Assembly: GCF_046119375.1 (NCBI RefSeq)
Contig: NW_027362762.1
Location: 708,040,001-708,104,000, forward strand
Length of the DNA stretch: 64,000 nucleotides
Direction of reading: 5' to 3'
From: Phyllobates terribilis
Taxonomy: Eukaryota
The notes beneath the pieces are model-generated. The model searched no databases. It was not told where the DNA came from and worked only from the letters and a program-made list of their open reading frames with translations. A program made the position numbers and the translations under genes. Of this stretch, positions 1 through 12,500 are shown piece after piece (position 1 is the first letter of the stretch; each line of letters starts with the position of its first letter).

Positions 1-920
1 GATCATTCAAACACACTGAACCATTAAAGGGATGTCTGCTACATCACACAACATAGACAATAGAATTACATTTACTCCACATAAACCTTGTATTTCTGGT
101 GGGCTGTCAAGTGTTAACATAATCATGTTGATTGAATTACAAATACAACACACTATCCCTGTTGATTCCTGATGATGTTGGATCATTTTCAGTTACAGTA
201 ACTCTTCAGTTTCACAAGAGTATTTCACAATAAAATACATGATGGGAATCCAAAAAGATGATTCTTTAGCTGGTAGATAAATGAATGCATTCATAATGAT
301 AACTAATAATAATAACTAAAAGAAATATCACTATGAATACATTTCTAAATACTTAAAATGAGAAAATCACGCTCATTTTGTCTAGGGAAGTAATCCCTAT
401 AGAATTAAAATGGCCGCAGTCTTGTAACACTGAAAAACCTGTTCTAGAATGTTTAGGACATGGACTGTGGGCATGTGCAGTAGGAAGCTCCACCACTAGA
501 GTTGGTACGAATCAATTTGCAGGACCCGATCCATTGGCCACATCAGTAATCTGTATCCCGGCATTCTCTTACATACCGGCATCCTCGGCTGTTCTTTTGA
601 TTAGCCACACTGGCATGACGTCCTGTCGTACTGCAACATGTGCATCATGCCACAATGATAACGTTGCCCAAGGCCAGCTAATTTAAAGAAGAGCCACAGA
701 TACCAAGTGGTACGAGGAGATTCTCAGGGTTCCCAGCCAGTGACCGCAGGTTACTGATGTGGCCGATGGACCAGGTCCTGTGAATCATTTTGCACCAACT
801 CTATCGACCACTGTGACCTGTAGATAACCTACACCCGACACTATCAAGCTGTCTCCTGTCAGTACTAGGGAAGAAGGACGACACTCCTTTTGTTTCTAGG
901 TGCACTGATAGGGTCCCAAC

Positions 921-1200
921 TAGTGACGAGCGTGCTCATTTAACCCTTTCGCCGAGCACGCTTGGGTGCTTTGCTCGTATATTAAGTTCGTGTCCCTGCA
1001 TCTGCATGATTTATGACTGTTGGTCGGCCTACACATGGGAGGATTCCCTAACAATCAGGCAATGTGTTGAGGCTGACTAACAGCCATAAATCATGCAGAT
1101 GTAGGGACTCAAACTTAATATACGAGCACGTCAAAGATATTCAGAAAGCACCCAAGCGTGCTCGGCGAAAGGGTTAAACGAACACGTTCGCCCATCACTA
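921..1200. mobile_element. MITE (whole element is a ~280-bp foldback)
   Basis: Starts TAGTGACGAGCGTG..TTTAACCCTTTCGCCGAGCACGCTTGGGTGCTTT and ends in the reverse complement ..AAGCACCCAAGCGTGCTCGGCGAAAGGGTTAAA..CATCACTA; inner arms ATCTGCATGATTTATG / CATAAATCATGCAGAT are also complementary; no ORF. Confidence 0.8.
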
Positions 1201-4200
1201 TTCCCAACACGTTACGTATAAAAAGCCCTCTATTTGATAAGTTTATTTACAGCGTGAAGCAGGTGTACACGGTCTGGTTTCCTTAACAATGGAGGACACC
1301 AACATGCAGGCTGCGATAGGCTCAGTTTCTCCAGGCACAAGCTTATGCTTGAAGCAAAAAGTGACAGATACGCATATGCTATGTTTGAATCTCTCTGAAC
1401 CTTTTTGAACTGATGACCGAAACGTTTTGTACACTTGTCTCCTGGTCAGAACAGCCATTCAGCAAGACATGGTGGCCAGTAGAATGAGCAGTTTCTTCTT
1501 ACTTCAGCACTCCTGGTATCTCCAGTATTAGAACAGAAAGACAAGGCGGACAGCAGTGTGTGCAGCCTTTTCTTACCTCAGCATTAGAGATGAGCATATC
1601 AGGCAAAATTCTAATTTTCCTGTTTGCGTGGATTTCACTGGGAACTTCAATTTGCAGAGAAGTTATTCTCCGTAAATGTAATATCCCTTTGCTCTGGGGT
1701 CTCTCCAGATCTCAGAGCATAATAAACATGAGATATAAAAAATAATAAAAATCCTTATGCTTACCTCACCACTCACCTTTCCGGACGCCTCTGCTGCTGC
1801 CTGCCCATTGTTCAGTCCTGCGTGCGTCCATCATGCCACATCTCAGTCCTAATGTTCATTCAATGCCTGTACTTCCGGTGCTGAGCATACGAAGTGAACA
1901 TCGTGTCATGCTCAAGGCCAGTAGCCCCAGCCTAGAATGAACACAGGGCCGGAGATGCAACATGACAGAGGCACAGAAGACCATACATAGGGCAGGGAGC
2001 AGCAGGGGAAGCCAAAAAGCTAATCAGATGACAAAAAGATAAAAAGAAGAAAAAAACTTACTCATCTCGGGCTGTCCTCACTGCTCCCTGGCCACTGTCC
2101 AGTTTTATACATCTTTGTCTTGTCACATCTTCAGCTCGGTGTTTACTCAAGACCGTGTCTTCTGGCTGCTAGCAGATTCGGAGCATGTGTAATAGTGGGG
2201 AAGAGCGCAGCCTTCCTTTGGCACTGAAGTAGTTATAGAAAGTGTTCCTGTAGTTAGACCTATCTGAACTGTTGGTAGGCCAAGCTAAGGGGTTAGCTTC
2301 AGTGGTCCAGTCAGTAGAGTAGAGGGGGAGCTTAGTGCCCTGATCAAGCCTTGAGTGTTATAGAGCTTGTTCCTGGCATAATTACTTGTGGGCTGCAGTA
2401 CCTATAACCAGCCACAAGATGCCACTGTCCTGGGTGCAGATGTCAGGTTGAGTTTGCTAGCAGTGTACAGGCAGTAATGGGGTTAATGCTGTGTGATGGC
2501 AGCCCACAGAGGGTGGGCACGTTAGGAAAATCCCTGCTTAGTTTCCAGAAGCAGGAAGTGATGAGTAGTAAGAGATAGGACAGTGAACCGTACAGGCAGC
2601 CTGACTATATGGTGGCTGCTAGGGTAGACGGGAGCTCCATACCCTCAGACAGTGGGATCACCAGTGTAAAAGTCTCCCTACGCAAGAGTCCTGTTAGCCG
2701 GCCGGAGAAAGTCAACAGAGGTATTGAGGACTCGGGGCACTTCTAGTCTGCAGGAAGCAGAGGAAGATAAATAGGACTCCAGGCTAAGACGTGGGGAGAT
2801 ATTGGATCCGGAACACTGTTGGTATTGCAGAAGAGTCTCTTGGGCTAGAGATTAGAGTCACAGAGATGCTTCACTTAAAGAGGGAACCAGGGCTGAAGAT
2901 GTTGCCAGCACCTGTGAGGGAGATAATAGCCTGTCGGGCCTTATCCATTATATCTGCCTGTAAATATTATACACATTCCTCTTCCCCAAGTAAAGTCCAA
3001 GTTATGGTTAAGAACCTCGTGTCCTCTAAATTTATTGCTGCCCTGGTCCCAGAAGAGAAATGCCTGGAGACAGCCGCGATAGGATGGTTTGAAGTAAGTG
3101 GAGAGCCCCACATACACAGCCACACATCAGAGGGAGAGGGGGCTACAGCTCGCCCATGACTACCTCGCTGGGGCACCTTACACATGCACAGCAAAATTCT
3201 GGGACATGCTGACTGTGGTGGAGAGTTGAGCATTGAGGTATGTTTTGGGGGGGGGGGGTTTTAACCCTTTGCTGGCCCTCTATTGTTCAGCAAGAGAGGA
3301 TGTAGAGCACTGTGGGCAGTCTCTTACTTCAGCACTACTGGTACCTCCAGCAGGTGCGTACCGTCCATAGCGGCAGCCCACGCTGCTGCTATGGGGCCTG
3401 CAAGACAGGTGGGCCTGATGTGCAACACCATCGGACCCCTCTATCTCCCATCACAATTTCAACAGTATCTGCATTCCTAGCTTGCAGATACTGTTGTAAA
3501 CAACCAGGCACGGTCAGAACCACGGGAGGAGGTATTCACCTCTGGCTGCTCTATGTCCGGCGCAGAGTGCAGAAAATGTCTCAATGTTGGCTCTGTTAGA
3601 GCAGGAGAGGAGGCTCCGCCCACCTGTTCTGGCCTCCAGCACAGCAGAGCGGCTGCTTACAACATGGCCCCTGCTCTCCCTACCTCCCTGCTCTGTATGT
3701 TAGTCCTCTGCTCTCCCCTTCTTGCCTTCTGCTCTGTGTTACACGCACGCTGCTAGGATCAGATAGGGGCAAGACAGGTTATATGAATTCTTTGGAATTC
3801 TGGGGGAACCGTTACTCAGGACGACCATAGACCATGTGCTGCAGCTTCTCTCAGGAACACATGGGTATTGACCCTCAGGCACAGACACGTAGGTTGTTTC
3901 ATTTGCTGACCAGACACACTTGACAAGAGTCCTCATAAATGGTAGAACAGTAGCATTTAATAAGAAGCCGCACAGCCAGTGCAAGATAAGTCTTATGAGC
4001 AACAGGCTCCAGAGACAAACGTACAGTTTCCTTAGCAGCACAGCAGTTCACAGTCTTCCCAGTAGCAGAGAAAAGCAAAGTTCTAATGCAAAGGCACATT
4101 AATGAACAAAGCATTCTTTACAGCAAAGTGAGATGGAGGAGGGGGGGGTGTTTGCTGAGGGAGATGATCCCTGTAACACCATTTCTTCCAGTCCTTATCT

Positions 4201-5599
4201 TTTTGCCTGACAATACTCTGCACTGCTAGTTCAGGAACTCTACCTGACCTGTGATTAGCTTCACTCCTGACTTGAATCCTTTTCAATTGCAGGGGCACTT
4301 CTGTGAGATACAGAACACACACCACCTTTCTCTTTGGCTCCAGCCAGACAGTAAACAACTTCCCCACAATCCCCCTGGGGCTCTGCCAAAACACTCCCCT
4401 TCTCCTGTGACTGTGTTAACCCCTCTAGTTGCTGGATGCTTCTGGAGCACAACACTTCCTGTCTCCTGTGCTTGTGTTACTTCTAATAGCTGCTGAATGC
4501 TTTTAAAGCAACAGCACTACTTCTGCATGTCACACTCTGCAACAGCACTACTTCTGCATGTCACATCTGCAATTATAGCAAGAGAGGAGATAGCTCTGCA
4601 GTCGGGCCCCAGGAGGAGGGGAGGCTGCACCACAGAGAAGATAGAAGTACAGGCTACAGGAAGAAGACTCTGCAGTGCAGGGCCGCATGCATCATGTGCA
4701 GTCATCTGTAGAAAGGGTAAGTACATGTGTAATGTTTGTGTGTCTAATATGTTTCTGTGTGTGTCATGTCCATATATGTGTACATATGTGTATGCTGCCC
4801 ATGTATTTAGTACATACATGTATTCACATATGGTCACATGTGGCATTTCAGCTCCATTACAACTTTAAGAAAGTCCCCATATGGTGGGGCTGAAGGGCCA
4901 CATGTCAACATATAGGTGAATAAATAAATTTAAAGTGAACCTGATACATGCTGCCAAAACTGTGGGTTACATGTAGCAGGCACCGGCTGTATGATCCCAG
5001 CCAGGAATGTCTAAGGATATGTGCACACAGTCAGGAGCCTCCTGTGTCCCCGACACTGCAGGATAGCCACGCAGCTTCCACCCTCATTATGCAGATGAGC
5101 GGTGTGATTTTTTTTTTTACACATGCGGACTTTCCCTAACTGTGAAACTGTAGCATTTCAGAGAAAAACACTTTATTAGCAGCCGGGGGCAGAAGCTGTG
5201 CTGTAGACTAGTCTGACAGGCGTGTCCCTGGTCACTTCTCACAACTCCCAGTCAATTTCATAAAGGGATTTTAATGGTTGAAAGCTTTAAAAAGTTACAA
5301 TCAAAGGGATTGTTGTAATAAAGTCGCACAACGCCTTTCTGCTCACAAGAGCCTTCTGCAAGATTTGTGTCACGAGCATAGACTAGCTGGTTTTAATAGT
5401 CATTCCGCGGGGATTTCCATCTTTGCATACAGGAGCGCCTCCAGAATTATTCTTCTCGCGCTGATAGCAGCGAGAGCAGGCGATGCTGATGAGAGTATTC
5501 ACTAGTCTGTATCTGTGCATAGTAATAAAGATGTCAGTGTGACATATAATTAGGGAAGTGCATGTGTAGCTTACTGTACATGTATTTAGCAAATAAATA

Positions 5600-6960
5600 A
5601 ATAAAAGAAAAAAATGGTGTGGGGTCCCTCTTATTTTTAATACCCAGCTGAGGGAAAGCAGACATCTGGGGGTTGTTGTTATTATTTTGGGAAGGGTGCA
5701 ATAAACATGGAGCTTCCCAGGCTATTAATATAAGCTCACAGCTGTTTGCGTAGCCTTTACTGGTTATTAAAAAGGGGAACCCTCCAAAAAATTATGTGGG
5801 GTTCCCCCTGTTTTTAATCACCAGCAAAGGCTAAACAGACAGCTGTGGGCTGATATTAATAGGCTGGGAATGCGCCATGGATATTGTCCCCCTCCCAGAC
5901 AAATAACACAAGCCCACAGCCACCCCAAAAATGGCGCATCAGACATACCCATTACTAACCCCGTAGTCAAAAGTAATAAAGACTCATACAGAAAAAAATC
6001 CTTTAATTGAACAAAACACTCCCCACCAAATCCCCTCTTTTTTTCATTTATTAACATAAAAATAAAAAATCAAAGTAACCCTCACCTGTCCGCAGATAAT
6101 CCATGATAATGAGGTCCAACGATGAACTCCAACTCCACTACATCCAGTGTATGCAACTCCATTCAAAGAACGCAGCTCCATTCACTGGAGCTGCAGCAAC
6201 TGCCAGAAGTTGCGCTGCGCTCCGCGAGACCCAGCTGCTGTTCACTGAGGTGACATCAGTAAGGTTATCTCATTTCACATTGGCCGGTTCTCACGAGGGC
6301 AGCGCCTCTGTTAACTAATATAATCTTACTGTAAGGTCACCTGAGTTTATAGCAGTTGGTTCTCAAGCTGCGCAGCACCAGTGCCGGCCTGATGAACGAC
6401 CGCGAGTCCAGCACTCAACACTCTGGCACCTGATGTCATCGCTCAGCAATGCAACCAGATGTAGCAGAGTTGGGGATTGTCGTGGGACATCATCGTTATG
6501 GATTAACAGCGGACAGGTGAGGATTACTTTGATTTTTTATTCTTAGGTCAATAAATGGGAAAAAGAGGGGATTTGTTTGGGAGTGTTTTGTTCACTTAAA
6601 GGACTTTTTTCTGTGTGTCTTTATTCATTTTCACTATAGGGTTAGAAATGGGGGTGTCTGATAGACGCCTCTCCATTATTAACCCCTGGGCTTGATGTCA
6701 GCTAACATTACCAAGCTGACATCAACCCCAAAATGTTACCTCACTTGCAACACAACAGGGCAAGGGGGAAGAGCTGGGCAAGGCACCAAAATTGGCGCAT
6801 CTAATGGATGCTCCTTTTCTGGGGCTGCAGCTGGCTGCTATTTTTAGGCTGGAGAGGGCCAAACATCCATGGGCCTTCCCTGCCTGAGAATACAAGCACC
6901 CAGCTATCAGCTTTAGCTTGGCTAATTATCAAAAGCGAGGAGGACACGCACTCCGTTTTT
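5600..6960. mobile_element. Non-autonomous DNA element with long degenerate inverted arms
   Basis: About 5935-6145 is the degenerate reverse complement of about 6458-6668, and about 5800-5940 of about 6790-6950; no coding potential; ends approximate. Confidence 0.55.
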
Positions 6961-8965
6961 TTCAATTATACTTGACATGGCTGTAATGGGGCCAGAAATG
7001 CCCACACAGGAAAAACTTGTTGATTGGCTGCGCTGCAGCCTTTCAACAAGCTTTGTTTGGGCTACCGAACCCGAAGAGTAACACGGAGTTACGGGAGAAG
7101 TTCGTGCTCGAGGTCCGGGCACGGACACTAGGTGCCCACATGGTGTCTGGTATGGACCTCGAACTTTACCGTTCGGGTTCGCCTGCCATCACTACTCATA
7201 ACATGTACAAATAGTTCCCTGTAACTATAATATGAATTTTATAGAGTAAAATATCAGACATGATTCAATACTGTATAAGAGTGACAAGTTAAGATTATCC
7301 TGCGATCCTCAGTTTACACAGCAGAACAGACTTTCCTTTTGGCATAAGTTTCAGTTCAACATTTGTTTTTAATTTAAATGTTAGATCCTAGAAAAGTGAA
7401 TGGTTCTGTTAAAGGGGTATAGTATTGAAAACGATACAATGATGAAATTCCATTCCACATTATTCTATTCACTTATTTTAGTTCTATAAGTTATATTGGC
7501 CTCTAATACAATAATTCCTGAAAAGTGATATACAAATATACAATTCCCAAATGCGCTCCATTGTTTTCTATTGTTAAACATTTAAAGACAATACAGGGCG
7601 TGTTTGTCATAGAGGGGCCCACAAGAACCTAATCAAAGCCACAGATAAGGGTCACTATAGTTGGAGCCTAGAATATTTATCCAAGCACTACTGCAAATCA
7701 ATTCTCAGTCCAGCTGGCACCGAAACCAGTTTGGAGATCCCTTTAGGGAATTTATCACCACGTTTATGCTCAATTGGTTGATTTCCTTTGCTTTTCTAAT
7801 TTTTGCATTCAGCCTTCGTGGCTTTTTAGCCATTTAAAATAAAGTAGACTTTGTGCTTTTTATCTGAATATTTGGCTGGATATTCCATCTTTTTGAAATA
7901 CACCATAAGTAGGTGCAGGCGCCACTTTTCCAGCAGCGTGTCACTTACTGAGCTTTCTATAGTTTTCCTAAAATGACATTTTATGTGCTGTAGCTATGCT
8001 GATCTATTAGTGATGAACTCTGTTTAAGCCTAGTAGCACCATTGATTGACAGTTTTCTGCCTAGACTGTGCAGAGGCAGAAAGCTGCCAATCAATGGCAG
8101 GAGCAGAGGTAGTCATAACTAGCAAAGCATGGAGCTTGATAATTTCCATCAGAACCCAAAGACAATTCAGCGGTGATCGAGCATGAGTACCTCTGTTCCA
8201 TTTAAGATGGAGCTCTGCAGAGGTCAGTATTGTGTTTTCCAGGACCCCATTCTCAGAATCTCTGGGGGTTCCAGCAGTCAAATCCCCAGCAATCAATAAG
8301 TTATGCCCTGTCCTATGGCAAGAGGATAATGTAAGTTTTTGTATCCGCGGACACATTGGTGGGGTGGAGCCCCCCTCTTGAGCTGCGGTACTCTAAGGTA
8401 TGGCATTCTTCAATCTGATGGTCATAATGTTACTGTGCCACACTTTATGTACCCTAGCTGCCTATACTCACCTGATATATAACATGTTAACATTGAGGGG
8501 GTATCTTTATTGTTATAGATACATAATATTTAGTACTATCGTACTGTAACCCTACATATTTATTAGCTACTCCACCCCCATGCACCCCATGCACAGGTTG
8601 CACTGCACATATGCACTTTCTTCTCCTCTATCTGTTATTGTAATTTCTATAATAAAATTTGTGATATACCCTGCTCAAAAAAATAAAAGGAACACTTAAA
8701 CAACAGAATATAACTCCAAGTAAATCAAACTTCTGTGAAATCAAACTGTCCACTTAGGAAGCAGCACTGATTGACAATCAATTTCACATGCTGTTGTGCC
8801 AATGGAATAGACAATAGATGGAAATTATTGGCAATTATCAAGACGCACTCAATAAAGGAGTGTTTCTGCAGGTGGGGACTACAGACCACATCTCAGTACC
8901 AATGGTTTCTGGCTGATGTTTTGGTCACTTTTGAATGTTGTAGGTGCTTTCACACTCGTGGTAGC

Positions 8966-10269
8966 ATGAGACGGACTCTACAACCCACAGAAGTTTCTCA
9001 GGTAGTGCAGCTCATCCAGGATGGCACATCAATGCGAGCTGTGGCAAGAAGGTTTGCTGTGTCTGTCAGCGTAGTGTCCAGAGGCTGGAGGCGCTACTAG
9101 GAGACAGGCCAGTACACCAGGAGACGTGGAGGGGGCCGTAGGAGGGCAACAACCCAGCAGCAGGACCGCTACCTCCGCCTTTGTGCAAGGAGGAACAGGA
9201 GGAGCACTGCCAGAGCCCTGCAAAATGACCTCCAGCAGGCTACAAATGTGCATGTGTCTGCACAAACGGTTAGAAACCGACTCCATGAGGGTGGTATGAG
9301 GGCCCGACGTCCATAGATGGGGGTTGTGCTCACAGACCAACACCGTGCAGGACGCTTGGCATTTGCCACAGAACACCAGGATTGGCAAAGTCGCCACTGG
9401 CGCCCTGTGCTCTTCACAGATGAAAGCAGGTTCACACTGAGTATATGTGACAGACGTGACAGAGTCTGGAGACGCCATGGAGAGTGATCTGCTGCCTGCA
9501 ATATCCTTCAGCATGATCGGTTTGGCATTGGGTCAATAATGGTGTGGGGTGGCATTTCTTTAGAAGGCTGCACAGCCCTCCATGTGCTCGCCAGAGGTAG
9601 CCTGACTGTCATTAGGTACCGAGATGAGATCCTCAGACCCCTTGTGAGACCATATGCTGGTGGGGTTGGCCCTGGGTTCCTCCTAATGCAGGACAATGTC
9701 AGACCTCATGTGGCTGGAGTGTGTCAGCAGTTCCTGCAAGATGAAGGCATTGAAGCTATGGACTGGCCCGCCCGTTCCCCAGACCTGAATCCGATTGAGC
9801 ACATCTGGGACATCATTTCTCGCTCCATCCACCAACGTCACCTTGCACCACACAAATTGACAAGAGAGAGAGAAAAATATTCAGCTCACCTGATTGCTGT
9901 AGGCTTTGACTGAAGGGAAGCACGGATACGTGTGGCCTTATTCACACTCTCATGTGATCCAGTTTACTGATCTCATTGGTTGCCACTGGATATAATATCC
10001 TAGTGTGTTATATGCAGGTTAACTTTGACAAAGAGCACAGGTCTGTGTTCGAAACGAGTTGCAACTTTTTTCTATGTGAGATTCCCCGATATAATTTGGA
10101 AATTTTTAAACTGCGTGGATTCATCTCAATAAATTTTGAACTTTTGGAAGCTGGTTTTTCCGTTCTTCTTTACCTTGCACCACAGACTGTCCAGGAGTTG
10201 GTGGAGACTGTCCAGGAGATCCCACAGAAGCATCCACAACCTCATCAGGAGCATGCCCAGGCATTGTAG
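8966..10269 (+). pseudogene. Tc1 DD34E transposase pseudogene
   Basis: [20 protein letters not shown].. HTH region; VLFTDESRF, LLMQDNVRPH and WPARSPDLNPIEHIWD motifs; in-frame stops (e.g. RRY*, RRP*, HGE*) and a 319-bp insertion at 9853-10171. Confidence 0.9.
9853..10171 (+). mobile_element. Short retro-insertion, probably a Penelope-like pLTR fragment, inside the Tc1
   Basis: Flanked by the 13-bp direct repeat ACCTTGCACCACA (9840-9852 and 10172-10184); contains TTGACAAA-GAGCAC-aggtct-GTGTTC-GAAAC (degenerate hammerhead-like core) followed by AATAAA. Family assignment is inference. Confidence 0.6.
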
Positions 10270-11699
10270 GGAGGTCATACTGGCACGTGCAGGCCACACA
10301 CAATACTGAGCCTCATTTTGACTTGTTTAAAGGACATTACATCAAAGTTGGATCAGCCTGTAGTGTGTTTTTCCACTTTAATTTTGGGGGTGACTCCATT
10401 GGTTAATAAATTTGATTTCCATTGATTATTTTTGTGTGATTTTGTTGTCAGCACATTCAACTTTGTACAGAACAAAGTATTCAATGAGAATATTTCATTC
10501 ATTCAGATCTAGGATGTGTTATTGGAGTGTTCCCTTTATTTTTTTGAGCAGTGCATTTTGAAATTTACCTGGACTTCTGACCATCTTTTTGGTTGTTCTA
10601 TTTTCATATTCCAACAATAATTTGTTAGAAATAATTAGAGCCTTTAGTATGTTGTAAAAGTGAATATGCCCATCGAGTTAAAACAATCTAATTATGTCTT
10701 GTATTGTACTACTATTAAGGCTACTGGTATTACAACAGGAGATGACTTACTATTTTGGGAATAAGCCTTTAACTTCCTTACAGGAAATTATTCTTCATTT
10801 GCAGTTGTTAAAAATAATCTGGACATCTGATGAACAGGCTTACTGTTCTTTGCTTATATACAGATGGTTTATGAAATTAAGTAATACCATATGTTTGAAG
10901 AGCTTTGAAGAATAAAGAAGTCTCTCTAATCCCCGAATGATACAGCTACACTGGAGATATTATTTGTAAAAATTATTAATGTAATACAGCAAGACTGTAG
11001 ACCAGGGATGGGAAAAAATGTTTTCTAGAAACCAAGTGAGAGACCGTGACTGTTGAAGAGGGCTCAAGAAATAGGTTGAAATTAATTCTGCTCAATATGA
11101 TGCACTCACAGTCCACCAAATAGTATGCTTCTCCACAGCCCTTTCACACAGTCCTCCCACACGCACAGTATGATGGTCCCCACAGCCCCCTCCGCACACA
11201 GTATAATGCCCACACATCCCCACACACAAATTATGATGATTCCACAGCCACCCCTCCTTACATAGTATTATGGCCTCCACAGTCTAAAGAGTATCTTCCT
11301 CCACAGCTCCCCACACTGTATGATGCCCTTTCAGTCTTCCGCCATAAATACTCACTGACTATGATGGAAAGAAACACAAATACTTCCCACCTTGCCCCAT
11401 TTCTCCGATGTGCTGCTCCAGGCTGTGCTGCTTGCAGACTAAGACTCTATGCATCAGATATAGTCTTGTGCTGAGACTTAGACACACAAGCCGAATGGTG
11501 GAGCCGATGGCTCCCAAGTCCACCATTGTTAAAATCAAGGTGCCAGGTAAGTTACTGGGCTCCTCCAACTTACAGGTGGCATTCTACTGTTTCCAGCCAT
11601 TTGGCTGTCCTGGTCCATGGGCCGGACAGGAACAGACAAAGGGCTGGATGTGACTTTCAGGCCGCAGTTTGATCAGGACTGCTAAACATCTCTAGAGCA

Positions 11700-12500
11700 G
11701 ATATATATTTATGTATCACAATCCAGGAAGAGCAAAGGAAACACCTCGGCACTATCAGCATAATTTAAGTGGAGATGTCAGAAAATGCACGTATAGCATG
11801 GTAAAAGCAAGCCGGTGAAAAACAGTGGTGCTCTGCTGCAGAAAATTCCCACGGTGGGGAAAACAAAATAAGCAAATCCAAAAGAAAAAGCGACACTCAC
11901 CATGTAAAATCACATATTTATTGGAGTCCTTTAAAACATGCGGTCAGGGAGAGAGGGAGAGCAGGAGCAACTGGTCAGACGACTGCTGTTTCGCAATTGG
12001 AGATGCTTCTACGGGTCTGTATGTTGCAGGAAGTGAACCTACCGCCTTATAAATTCACAAAGACTGACATAGATCATTTAACTACACCAAATCATTAGCA
12101 CTGAAAATGAACATTATTCCAAAGAATGCAAGATAAAGGCAAGAATAAAAATAGACATAGGACGAAAACAATGGGTTAGAGGAATACAGACAGATCATTC
12201 TTATCTTTTAACCTCAAAGGTCCCATATCATTGGTATTAATGGTCTATCTGGCTTCTTTTAGGAGCAACAATTTGAGGTGATCCGCTCCCCTATATGGTG
12301 ATTTAACCTCTTTCAGTCCAATGAGACCTTTGGATTAGTTGAATGGACCTCTCGTATATGACTTATCAATTTGGGAGACCCTTTTCATGTCATTGTGGAG
12401 CATAAGTGTTCTCTGAATCTTGCACAGAGGCTTCTGATAGTTTTCCCTATGTAAAAAAATTGGCATGGATAGAAGATTAATTTTAAATGTGTATTTAGTT
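11700..12500 (-). mobile_element. Penelope-like element 3' fragment with GIY-YIG endonuclease remnant
   Basis: Minus strand reads ..YPCQFFYIGKTIRSLCARFREH.. (YIG motif), then a decayed KEAR..LNTMGP-like C-terminus; a tail with GTAGAAGCA-..-TGCGAAAC near 11985-12012; boundaries approximate. Confidence 0.65.

Larger units (their letters stand above)
8669..10553 (+). mobile_element. Tc1/mariner DNA transposon, defective
   Basis: TIRs C(C)CTGCTCAAAAAAATAAAAGGAACAC / GTGTTCCCTTTATTTTTTTGAGCAGTG; TA on the left flank; transposase remnant inside. Confidence 0.92.

Noticed and set aside
1253-1408. Exon-like REAGVHGLVSLT.. segment faintly resembling DUSP23
   Set aside because: Similarity is limited to a few residues, no phosphatase motif follows, and it ends in a stop.
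2249-4480. Possible solo LTRs (also ~13008-13480 and ~26940-27331)
   Set aside because: LTR-like composition, but I could not define both termini and a TSD.
10694-10915. 73-aa AT-rich ORF
   Set aside because: No homology recognised and no consistent splice support.
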